From Tubulanus polymorphus (lineage: Eukaryota; Animalia; Nemertea): a stretch of DNA of 64,000 nucleotides. Positions 1-10,392 of the stretch are shown here, piece by piece. A program made the translations under genes and the position numbers. Below the pieces are notes generated by a model. It was not told where the DNA came from and did no database searches. It was given only the letters and a program-made list of their open reading frames with translations. Position 1 is the first letter of the stretch, and every line of letters starts with the position of its first letter. The stretch spans positions 19,986,210-20,050,209 of the forward strand of contig NC_134030.1 in NCBI RefSeq assembly GCF_964204645.1, in the 5' to 3' direction.

Positions 1-1022
1 TCTAGATGCTTAGTATACGTTAGTATACTGAACGGCATGATCGATGACCAACAATATTCACCATTGAATATACGATTTACTCACCTGTTGCACTGAAGGT
101 TTGGGTTACTGATATTTCTGATCGATGAACCATGCTCACGAATCGGTGTGCAAATACATTTTCTAAAAGGAGTTTAATACAAATATACAGTTTGACAGGT
201 TGTAGTGCAGTTCGGTTGTCAAAACAACTGACGAAAATTGTAATGAATACATGTAGTTAATCTAGCATGTGAAACTGAATTAACTCACAAACATCAGTTT
301 AAGTACCGTACTGCTATTTCCAAAATTTCGATGTATTAAATTAGGCAGCCAAGAAAATTCACCCCCAATCAGTCGCTTGCCGGTTAAGACTGAATGGAAG
401 ATTGTTTGAATGAACCGGAACCGAATTTCCCAATTATGTACTTTGAGCAAAAAACTTTTGTAAACTCGACCGCCGATCACACAACTATATCTGTACTTCG
501 ATTATCGATTGTAAAACCAAACCCCCTGTTTCGCTCCCGGCAGGTGTGGTGGGTTTGTAAGGGACACTCAATCAAAAAATCAAACGAAATTTACCAACCA
601 AATAAATAACAGGGACAATCCCTATTTTAGGAAAAAAACACAAATGAAGAAGAGCCACAATTCAAAGTATACACGATAAACTCTAACTCCGCCCCTGAAT
701 TGTGCCGCATTCTTAGGCAGTTTTTACTCCAAGTCTTCAAATCACGAGGAATGCACGTATCACAGAGGGCCGCATTACGTCACTGCAGAAAATGCGTCTC
801 GTGGAGAAAATGGTGGAAGGCGGGGATTTAACAAAACTGTTTAGATGATATAAAAGATGATGTGTTTGTCTGCTATCGTGAATATGTGTTGTTAAAGGTT
901 TTGAATACATATGGATTTAAAAACTTCTCGCTGCATTTCCCTGTAAGAGGACACCATGAAGAGTCAATCAATCACCAAAGCTGTGCAATTATTTGGTTTT
1001 ATTTCAATTTGTATTTGAAGAA

Positions 1023-1131
1023 TATATAGTATCGCGCGCAATATTTTTCATTCATTCGTCGACTGTTCTGGCTCGAGAAAACGAGATATTGTCATTTCGA
1101 AAGTATAATACGTTGGAAGAGCGACTAAGGT
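1023..1131 (+). promoter_or_regulatory. Putative TATA/Inr, non-coding first exon and splice donor of knottin gene A
   Basis: TATATAG at ~1023, TCATTC ~25-30 nt downstream, strong donor AAG|GTAAGC at 1130. An acceptor (ttctag| at 2259) precedes the ATG. All are conserved in B and C. No transcript evidence. Confidence 0.4.
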
Positions 1132-1166
1132 AAGCGTAGTGATAAAATATTCAAATTTAACGATAG

Positions 1167-1369
1167 AAAAATGATACCTTGTTTCTTAAAAGCTTAAAAG
1201 TTGAACCGCCCGGCCGCCGCCTATCTACCCTATACATTATTCTAAAAAAAGAAACTATTATCAGCCATTCGACAACAAGACGCGGCGGCTATTGAAACGA
1301 ACGGATTACAAATTCTATTGAAATTTACAAAATAACCCGGGCTCTGCGGAGAAACAAGGTGTCATTTTT
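1167..1369. mobile_element. MITE-like element with 20-bp terminal inverted repeats
   Basis: aaaaatgataccttgtttct (1167-1186) and agaaacaaggtgtcattttt (1350-1369) are reverse complements with 1 mismatch. Non-coding. Also present in B and C. Confidence 0.5.
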
Positions 1370-1601
1370 AGCCTAAAAATAATATACTCCGATACGTACA
1401 GCAGCAATTTCAGTAGCTGGAATCTAAAATACGACACACGACTAAACACTATTTTTCTGCTGAAAATCATGCATCGATTAATCGATCAATGACGTGTCAC
1501 TGATCACACCGTTTAGCATAGTAGCATATTCTACGGTTATATGTAGATTTTCACCGATGGAGATCTCATTATAAATTACATAAAATTCATAACCAAATTC
1601 A

Positions 1602-1647
1602 TTATTCCTGAAGATGACTATTAGGATATAGTCGAAACGTTGAATAA
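1602..1647 (+). ncRNA. Minimal type I hammerhead ribozyme motif (Penelope-like element remnant), copy A
   Basis: ttattc-CTGAAGA-t-gactat(taggat)atagtc-GAAA-cg-TT-gaataa: stem I ttattc/gaataa, stem II gactat/atagtc, palindromic AACGTT helix III, then AATAAA. It sits in a ~150-bp segment flanked by the direct repeat ttcataaccaaatt (1586-1599, 1748-1761). Confidence 0.65.
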
Positions 1648-2268
1648 ACTACTAAGAGCTCAAAGTAACATTTTCGGACTTTTTTCTTATCATTGTGGGA
1701 TTCTCTCTACATCGCGTCAACACGGATATAGTGTTCTATCAATCGTGTTCATAACCAAATTATTAATAAATGATTTTCTATAATTGAGGTTAGGAACTAA
1801 TTTCAAACGAATATCTTTTGACTAGATCATTTGGGCTGAGGAACCAAACTTGGAAGCGACTCTGAAGACAATAAATGAATTATCGATGATTATCTATATT
1901 AGATATTTAAAGCTTATCACTCACGGAAAGAAACGACAAAGACTTGTTCCTGCGATGCCCAAACACTAGCAATGCGGCCGCCCTGCACTCACTTCATAGT
2001 ACGGCATTCAAACCAGCGATTCAAACCCGTTACACTGCTCTGCACTAAATCAAAAATACATCAAGTATTCTTTATGAATTTTTGACTATATCTATTATCA
2101 GTTCCTTTTTTCTGTGTAGCTGCGTTATTTCAAACCTGGCTCATTCTCTGACGAAAAGGTTTGCTCATTGAGAGCCTATTTGAAAAATGTTGCAATATCA
2201 ATTTTCTTTTTGAATTTTTGAAAATGCCAAATTGCAAATATATTTTATTCAAATTCTAGGCGAAGAAA

Positions 2269-2856
2269 ATGCTTGCTTATACAATGACTCGCATATGTGC
2301 TTTTGCTGCGATTGTGGCCAGTGCCGTGGCCTTCAGTGGTGAGTTAAGACTGGGAAAATAATACTCACCTTCATGAGATTTCATAAAATGATATAATTCA
2401 ATTCGCAATTATAAGTAAACATTTATTATGCGTTTATCGACGGAACGAATTGATTCGATAGATATATTTGGCCCACTAAGCGCCACGCTAGAAGCGGGTT
2501 CGATGTTTCTTTTTCCCAATACCCACATCAGAGAAGAACCTCCGACCCAGATACTCTGTTGCCTCCAGGGTTTGAACCCATAAACCCTGGATTGATGAGA
2601 ACAATGCCAGGCGGCTTATACCACTCGGCCACTGCGCCTCCCATTTGTTATCCATATCGGGATCACCATTATAGTACTACATCTGGGGGCGGGAGTTCCA
2701 TTATTTCTTCAATTTAGGTAAAAACATCTTTCACTTCAGTATTCAATTTTTAATTTCATATTTTTCGAAAATATAGATTGCTATCCTAAGGGCAGGACGT
2801 GTGACGATGACCTTAAGTGTTGCAACAACACCTGTAGAGCTAGTATTTGTTCCTGA
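2269..2856 (+). CDS. Secreted cysteine-knot (ICK-like) peptide precursor, copy A; exons 2269-2338 + 2777-2856, 49 aa
   Basis: Exon MLAYTMTRICAFAAIVASAVAFS ends at a phase-1 G|GTGAGT donor. The acceptor atatag|AT restores the frame to give DCYPKGRTCDDDLKCCNNTCRASICS*. Signal peptide plus C-X6-C-X5-CC-X3-C-X4-C. AATAAA at 3025 and 3041. Confidence 0.85.
2471..2638 (-). mobile_element. tRNA-derived SINE in knottin intron
   Basis: Minus strand begins GGCGCAGTGGCCGAGTGGT (A box) and contains GGTTCAAACCC (B box). Copies at ~32484-32653 and ~60948-61109. Related heads at 29138-29209 and 57584-57651. Confidence 0.65.
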
Positions 2857-3204
2857 TCGTTGAGTACAAAGGTTTATAACGGGATATACTCGTGGTGGTT
2901 TGGGAAATATATCCGATTATGAAACTGAACTAAAGGCCGACTGAACTGAAGGCCGTGTACTAAAAAGCTCGCACTGAATTTATAATTGTTACTGATTCTT
3001 CATATCTTGTAGTAGATTAGATTCAATAAAACTGCGAGTAAATAAATCAATTGTCGGGTTGTTGACTGTTTATAATTCATCGGTCAGAGTTTTCAAAGTG
3101 ATCAGAAGTGCCATTCCATTTGAAATCTATTTTCGTAGTTCATTGATGCTTCGATTTTTTTTATAAACATCTGCAAACATCGTGCAATCTAAGATGTCTA
3201 TAGA

Positions 3205-3680
3205 TTATATCAGCAATAGGTGCCGAATATAAAGAGTAAATAAACTTGGCCCCAGAACTGAACCTCGGGGACTTCCACATCGAAAATCAGCAATATTACT
3301 AACTTTACCGTTTGTAACAACTTTGTGTGTACATTCCTGAAGGTGCCTAAGATTTGAAATAATTCTGTTTTGAAGCTGATTAGCGGCCATGCGTTCAAGC
3401 ATCTTTGTGGCTACAGGTAAGTAAGACAATGATCTATAATTATTCAATTAGTATAGATTTAAAAGTTGTGGTTTTCATCAATTGCTCAACCGAGCATGAT
3501 TTTTAATTCGTAGGTACAACACCGGTTTCCAAATGAGCAATTTATAATTCTAGTAACGATTGGAACAGTAACACACTGTTTTAGAATTGGCGCGGGCAAC
3601 TAAAGCATCTCCCTTATACTTCGCAAATCCACGACCCGCATCAAAATTGCTCGGAGCACCACGGCAAAACTGATCATTAA
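3205..3680 (-). mobile_element. Degenerate non-LTR retrotransposon (L2/CR1-like) reverse transcriptase fragment
   Basis: NNYRSLSYLPVATKMLE resembles NYRPIS.LP..SK.LE and GSPRGSVLGPSLFTLYI resembles GVPQGSVLGPLLF..YI. Also at ~33440-33910 and ~61880-62320. Confidence 0.75.
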
Positions 3681-3783
3681 CGCGACTAATGGTCAGTAGC
3701 GTATGTTCCAAACGAGCGATGGAAATTCGCCTATTTCAAACTGGTCATTTATGTGTAAAATCCAAGCACTTAAGAGACACATG

Positions 3784-4160
3784 AGTAATAGGGATAATAG
3801 GCTTTCATACCAAAGGTCGAAGGGTCGAGCTCGTAAAAAATGAAAATAATAATAATTTACAGTTGAATTAGTCGCGCACACTCCTAATTCAACTGTAAAT
3901 TATTATTATTTTCATTTTTTTACTCACTCGACCCTTCAACCTTTGATATGAAAGCCTATTATCCCGATTACTCTCAAAATATTCATATATATGAATAACA
4001 TTTAAATTGACAGATTATTCAATATAAAAGTATATATTTTTAACATTATTTCAATATTCATATTTGTGTGAGTTTTAAACATTAAAAGTGTTAGTAATGT
4101 GTGATTGAAATAATGCATATATAAATCATTGAACTTCTAAAATCAATTAAAAAAAAATTA
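3784..4160 (+). repeat. Left terminal inverted repeat (~375 bp); outer 189 nt (3784-3972) self-complementary
   Basis: Reverse complement of ~20635-21016 with scattered mismatches. Arms 3784-3871 and 3884-3972 flank a 12-nt loop tcgcgcacactc. Confidence 0.95.
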
Positions 4161-5715
4161 TATTATAAATAAGAATAATGATATTTTAGGTGAAGATTAT
4201 TTTGATAAAGATAATGATAAGAAACAGAAGACAATTAAAAGCATTAAAAATAAATTAAACAATAAAAGACCATACATGGAAGATGTAAGAAAATATATTA
4301 ATTCATTGGATAATAAAACAGATATAGAGATAACCGGAGCATTTAAAAGTGATATTGGCCCAGCAGTTATCGAGTTTAAATTTCATAAAGGAAAAACATT
4401 AGGAGAAAATAAAAAACATTTAGAAAATATGAAAAATATTATAAAAATAATAACTGATGTTGAATATCCTAAAATAAGTATATCTTCTAAAGCTAAATTC
4501 ATAAAATCCGAAGATAAACCAATATATAATATAAATTCTCATTCACAACATATTATATCTAAACAACATATAGATGGTAAATTAGATAAATGTTATAATG
4601 AAGTAAAAACTAAAATAGAAGAGAAATATTTTGAAGGGTCTGGTTTAATATTTGATGAAATAATATTTATGACTTTACATGTTTATAACACAAAATATAA
4701 TAAGTTAACTAAATCAAAACCAATTGATGAAAATAATGTATCATATTATAAAGATGATAGTATAAATGGATCAAGTTATATCAAATTACCATTTAAAACT
4801 AATGCTGTAATAAATGTACAAAATTTTGATGATAAATGTTTTCTATGGACAATTATAAGTTGCTTACATCCAACAGAAGATATTACACATAGTTTTAGAT
4901 TAACAAATTATAAACCATTTGAAAATAATTATAAGATAGATAAGTATCCTGTTATAATTAAAAACATCCCAAAAATAGAAAGAGATAATAATTTAAGAAT
5001 AAATGTATTTGATTTAATCAAATTACCAAATACAAAAGGTAACAACATAAAACATTATACATTAGAACCTTTATATCTATCAAAAGATTATGATTCAAAT
5101 GATGTTATAGATATATTATATTATGAGAATCATTATATGTGGATTAAACAAATAGATTTATTCTTTAGAACAGAAAGTGATCACCATAATAAAATATATC
5201 TATGTAGAAAATGTTTACATAGATTCAGTAATGAAAGTACATTATTAAATCATAAACAATTATGTGAAAATCATGATTATTGTAAATTAGTTTTACCAAA
5301 TGAAAAGGATAAAATATTAGAATTCAAAAAAGATGATTACAAAAATAAAGTTCCATTTGTTATATATGGAGATTTTGAATCATTAAATAAAGAATTAACT
5401 GATCAAGATAGAAAAGAAATATATTATAAGAGAAAGAAATTAAATTCTAATGAAAATGATTATTCTGAAGAACCACCAAAAACAAATACTATTAAAAAGA
5501 TTCATCAATCAGCTGCGGCTTTCGGGTTATATATTAAATCTGATTATCCAGAACTAATTGAAAGTGAATATTATCATTACTGAAATGAAAATGTTATCAA
5601 TCATTTTTGTGACTTATTAATTCAATATGAAATAAGATTTAGTAAATTATTGAATATAAATATAGAAATTATAATGACAGAAGAAGATAAAGAAGAATTT
5701 GCGTTTGCAGATAAA

Positions 5716-5826
5716 TGTTATTATTGTGAAAAGATATTTAATTATAAAGATAAAAAAGTAAGAGACCATGATCATTTGAACGGAAAGTTTAGAGGCGCCG
5801 CACATGAGAATTGCAATTTACAAGCT
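5716..5826 (+). other. Recombination endonuclease VII-like (His-Me finger) domain embedded in pPolB
   Basis: CYYCEKIF...VRDHDHLNGKFRGAAHENCNL in the polymerase frame. Confidence 0.75.
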
Positions 5827-7299
5827 TAGAAAATTAACTTTGTACCAGTTATATTTCATAATCTATCAGGATATGATGCACATTTATTCATCAAACAGTT
5901 ATGTCATAAAATAGAAGAAATCAATAATGAAATAGAAATATTAAATTCAAATAGATCAAAAGATAAAATACCAACTTATAAATTTAGAATGTTAGCTAAA
6001 ACATCTGAGAATTATGTATCATTCCAATTTGGGTGTCTAAGATTTATAGATTCATATAGATTTTTAAATAGTTCATTGGATAACTTATCAAAATCATTAG
6101 TTGATGATGAATTAAGAATATTAAAGCAACACTACCCAAATAATGATGATTTTCAATTAATGAGATATAAAGGCGCAATTCCATATTCATTTTATAAAAA
6201 TCATAATGATTTTAACATAACTGAATTATTGAAAGAACAGTTTTATGATGAATTAAAAAATGAATATGTTAAAGATGAAGTATATAATAGAACATTGAAT
6301 ATTTGGAATCATTTCAAAATAAAAAATCATGGACAATTAGTAGATTTATATCTAAAATCAGATGTATTATTGTTAACCGATATATTCGAAAAGTTTAGAG
6401 ATGTAAACTAAAATATTTTAACATTGATCCTTGTCATTGTTATTCATCACCAGGATTAACATGGGATTGTGGATTAAAATTTACAGATATAAAAATGGAT
6501 TTGTTAACAGATATAGATCAATTATTATTATTTGAAAAATCTATAAGAGGAGGAGTTTCAGGTGTATTGGGCGATAGATATTTCAATGTAAATGATAACC
6601 CTGGATATAAGTTATTATATATAGATGCAAATAATTTGTATGGTTGGGCAATGATGGAACCACAACCTTATGGAGTATTTGAATTAACTGAAGTTTTACA
6701 GAATGAAAATAATGATAAATTTGATTGGAAGAAAAGAATTCTAGATATTGCAGATGATTCAGATACTGGTTAATTCTTTGTTGTAGATTTAGAATATCCT
6801 GAACATATTAAATTTAAATCTAGAAATCTAGCTTACTGTCCAGAACATAAAACTGTAACTCATGAAGAATTATCAAATTATCAAAAAAGAATTAAACCCG
6901 AAAATCATATTCATACAGAAAAGTTAATGGTAACTCAAGAAGATAAATGTAATTATGTAGTACATTATAGAATGTTAAAGTTTTATCTAAAACAAGGAAT
7001 GGTTCTAAAAAAAGTACATAGATATATTTCCTTTAGTCAATCTAAATGGTTAGAAAAATATATAGATTTTAACACCAAACAGAGAACTGAAGCTAAAACT
7101 GATTTCGAAAAAGATTTCTTCAAGTTAATGAATAATGCATTCTATGGTAAGACTTGAAACGTGAAAATATTAGAAATAGAAATGATATTGAGTTAGTTAG
7201 TAATGGTAAAAGAATTAGACATTTACAAACATATCCTAAGTTCATTGGTAACAGAATATTTGATGAAAATCTAGCTGTAATACTTCAACAAAAGACGAG

Positions 7300-7653
7300 A
7301 TAGTTCCAGATTATGTAATAAATGCAAAATATGATTTAAGAAAATGGTTCTTCATTGGATTTTATGCTGCAGATGGTTCAAAAAACTATACAAAACAGAA
7401 AACTATATCTTTGGCACAAAAAGGAAAAGTTGCTATATCAGGATTAAATACATTATGCAATTCATTAGGATTTAATATGTTAGTTAATATTAGAAAGGAT
7501 AAACTAAATGTATTTCTATTAACGCATGTAGAAAATGAACTAACTGAAGAAGCTAGAGATTTATTTGAAATAACCAATCCAACAGACTATGTTTATGATT
7601 TAACAACTGAAGATGGTACATTTAATTGTGGATTTCCATTAATCATAAAAAAT
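7300..7653 (+). mobile_element. C-terminal remnant of a LAGLIDADG intein at the pPolB motif C site (YxD|TDS)
   Basis: In frame: IVPDYVINAKYDLRKWFFIGFYAADGS (LAGLIDADG block E), QKGKVAISGLNTLCNSLGF (block H-like), YVYDLTTEDGTFNCG (block F), LIIKN (block G, terminal Asn 7651-7653), followed immediately by TDS (Thr +1). Confidence 0.85.
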
Positions 7654-8204
7654 ACTGACAGTTACATATTAAAGATAAAAACTGATAACATAACTGATGA
7701 TTTAAAAACATTAAAACATCATTTTGATTTTAGTAACTATCCTAAAGATCATGAATTGTTTAGCAATGATAATAAAAAAGTTCCAGGGATGAATTAGGTG
7801 GCGAAGAAATGATTGAATTCATCGGTATTAGATCTAAAATGTATTCATATAAAACTAAAGAACATGAAGCTAAAAAGTTAAAAGGAATAACCAAAAGTGT
7901 AGTAGAAAAGAATATTCATTTCAAAGATTACATCAATTGTATATTCAATGAAGAAGTTAGAAAACATAAGATGAGATGTTTAAGATCTGAAGATCATGAA
8001 ATGTTTATTGAAGAAATTGAAAAGATAAAGTCTAAACCCATTTTATGATAAAAGATATATTTTAGATGATGGAATTTATACAGTTGCTTATGGTTGTAAT
8101 TTAGATGAATACTTAAAATTTAAAAGAGAAGAAACAAAAGAGAACGAGATAATGAAAAGAATTCTAACGTGTTAATCAAATTTCAATAAAAATATGTATT
8201 ATAA

Positions 8205-8558
8205 ATGGAGAGTAAACAAACGCACAGTGAGAACAACAAATTATTTCTAGATAGAATAAAAGATACTACAAATGTAAAATCTGTAGATTATAAATTTAAG
8301 AAGTTAACAGAATTAACAATTCATAAGAAATATCTAATTAGAAATATTGATACAGTTACTAACAAATATAGAGATAAATTAGTTATACACTTAGAATATG
8401 AAGGATTAAAAGGAAATACATATAAATTCAGAACATATTTACCGGATAGATTTCATAGATTATCAAGTGAAGATTTAGAAGAATTATGTTCTGGAGATTT
8501 CTATTTCGTATACAAAGGTAAGAATGAAAAAGGGCACCATGAAATAGATTTCGAATAA
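8205..8558 (+). CDS. Polinton hypothetical protein, 117 aa
   Basis: Intact ORF with TAAATG start context. Function not recognised (possibly a beta-rich nucleic-acid-binding fold). Confidence 0.6.
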   Translation: MESKQTHSENNKLFLDRIKDTTNVKSVDYKFKKLTELTIHKKYLIRNIDTVTNKYRDKLVIHLEYEGLKGNTYKFRTYLPDRFHRLSSEDLEELCSGDFYFVYKGKNEKGHHEIDFE

Positions 8559-8572
8559 AATATGTAAAATAA

Positions 8573-9330
8573 ATGGTAGAATTAAAAGAATACAGAATAT
8601 TTGTTGATTCTAGAAAACTTACAAATTATAAATCTCATAATTTACTAGTACAATTAGATAAGGAATATAAAAATTGTGTTGATTTAAAATTAGTTAATAT
8701 AAGTTTATGTAATTCTTTTTATAATATAACGGATAAAACTATTGAAGATAATACTTTTTTAATTCATATTGGAAATGTAAATCAATGGTTTCATATAATT
8801 TTAAAACCAGGATTATATAATTTAGAAACATTAGCTCAAGAAATTAATCGAAGAGCACGGTTGAAAATTAGAAGAGAACATAAATTTTTAATTAGATTTA
8901 TAAAAAGTGATAGCACAAATAAAATTAAAATAAAGGTATATGATGAAAGTCAACATGCATTTATGGTAAAAAAACCGTTAGCTAAATTGCTAGGAATTGC
9001 ACCAGATACGGTTACAGGAAACGTAGATGGTAATTCAAATATAATACCTTTTACACACTTTTATATTTATTGCAATTTAATCGAGCCTACAAAAACTTTC
9101 GAAGCAACTAAAGAAACAATTTGTAGTTCTAGTATATTAAATATTTTACCGCTAAAAAATGTTAAACAATTTGGAACTCAAGTAACTTATAATTTAACAG
9201 AATGTGATTTAAACCTTGCATCCCTAAATTTAATAATTTTAAATTAGAAATAAGAAATCACAATGGATAGTTAATTGATTTGAATAATTTCCCTGTAATT
9301 TATGAATTAGTTATAAGATGTAGAGAGTAA
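8573..9330 (+). pseudogene. Minor capsid (penton-like) protein, frameshifted near C-terminus
   Basis: IFVDSR...SFYNIT...KPGLYNLETLAQEIN...LAKLLG...YIYCNLIEP...ILNILP, continuing in another frame as KLEIRNHNG*LIDLNNFPVIYEL. This is the pattern of Polinton single-jelly-roll pentons. Confidence 0.7.
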
Positions 9331-9346
9331 TTTTTTCATTATATAA

Positions 9347-9703
9347 ATGAATATAACTGTTGGGCCGAGTATATGTTTTGGGTTTGATTTTAAACGTGAG
9401 AAAGAAATGAAATTTAACGTTAATGATGTAATTGCACATATCAAAAATATTACATTTTCTAATGAAACAACATTTGAGTATGAAACAACAATAAATAAAG
9501 AAACTTTAAATGTAGAAAGGATTACTAATTTAATTAGAGAATCTTTCAGATTTTATGAATTAGATGAAGATTTTATCATCGATGATATTAAAAAAATAAT
9601 AATTGAAATATATACAAATGAAACTAGTAATGAAATAAATGTTGAAATAATTATAAATAAGATAACTAAATATTTTGATGGTAGTAATTTTTTTGATAAA
9701 TAA
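9347..9703 (+). CDS. Polinton hypothetical protein, 118 aa
   Basis: Intact ORF with TAAATG start. Its stop TAA abuts the next ATG. Confidence 0.55.
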   Translation: MNITVGPSICFGFDFKREKEMKFNVNDVIAHIKNITFSNETTFEYETTINKETLNVERITNLIRESFRFYELDEDFIIDDIKKIIIEIYTNETSNEINVEIIINKITKYFDGSNFFDK

Positions 9704-9925
9704 ATGAGTGATAATAAGTGGATAATAACTGGATTATATAATGGAGCATTATTATCAGTTGGAACTGTTGGTTATTCAATGGTATTAAAAAAAGTATTCA
9801 AAATGGGGAGTGTTAATGTTGATAGATTTGATATAAATGATATTTTAAAGTTAACATTAGCAGTTACTTTATCTAATTTAACTATTGATTATTTGGAAAA
9901 ACAAAAATATATTCCTCCTATATAA
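9704..9925 (+). CDS. Small hydrophobic Polinton protein, 73 aa
   Basis: Two hydrophobic stretches (GALLSVGTVGYSMVL; ILKLTLAVTLSNL). Confidence 0.6.
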   Translation: MSDNKWIITGLYNGALLSVGTVGYSMVLKKVFKMGSVNVDRFDINDILKLTLAVTLSNLTIDYLEKQKYIPPI

Positions 9926-9949
9926 ATGCATAATTATTTTACTAAATAA

Positions 9950-10373
9950 ATGGCTTCTGCAATTATAACTAATTTTAGGATCGGCAATTGTTAACGCTTT
10001 AGCATTTACTGGTGGTGGTTATTTATTTAAGCATATTGATAAAAATGGATCATTAACAGAACAAAAAAGACATAACTTAGCACTAGAGAAATACAACAAA
10101 GCAGCAGAAGAATATAGAGAAAAGAGGCAAAACTATATGGATTATATTAACAAGGAATTATATGATCAGAAGATTTCACATAGAGATTTTCAATCAGTTG
10201 ATGATGCAATGAGTTTATATAACGCAGTAACCAATAAAGAAAAATTACATCTATACAAACCTAAATTATCAGATTATTATACCCCAAGTAATGAACGGAA
10301 GAAATATGAAATAATATGGATTTTAGGCGGAACTGTTATTGTTATATTTGTAGCATATAGATTTACTAATTAG
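9950..10373 (+). pseudogene. Polinton membrane-anchored coiled-coil protein, frameshift after MASAII
   Basis: TAAATG start at 9950. The +1 frame gives ILGSAIVNALAFTGGGYLF..EQKRHNLALEKY and joins ORF 10137. C-terminal TM IIWILGGTVIVIFVAY. Confidence 0.65.
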
Positions 10374-10392
10374 TAATTTTTTTGCTAAATAA

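Larger units (their letters stand above)
4171..8175 (+). pseudogene. Protein-primed family B DNA polymerase (pPolB), fragmented by stops, frameshifts and a deletion
   Basis: GSSYIKLP..INVQN.DDKCF, exonuclease VIYGDFES, FHNLSGYDAH and YLKSDVLLL, motif A YIDANNLYGWAM, motif B KLMNNAFYGKT, motif C TDS, FIGIRSKMYS and DKRYILDDGI.T.AYG. Spread over ORFs 4276, 5989, 6495, 6927, 7411, 7809 and unannotated frames. Confidence 0.93.

Noticed and set aside
280-609. Recurrent 60-130-aa ORFs in the unit leaders (also 29557-30778 and 57999-59520)
   Set aside because: No recognisable domains, start and stop positions vary between copies, and recurrence is explained by the segmental duplication.
2560-2638. 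Possible tRNA gene (A and B boxes on minus strand)
   Set aside because: No convincing cloverleaf or acceptor stem, and it continues into a repeated body. Treated as a SINE head.
3789-3806. TAGGGATAATAGGCTTTC resembles the I-SceI site TAGGGATAACAGGGTAAT
   Set aside because: Only the first half matches, and it is simply the Polinton terminal motif. There is no sign of engineering.
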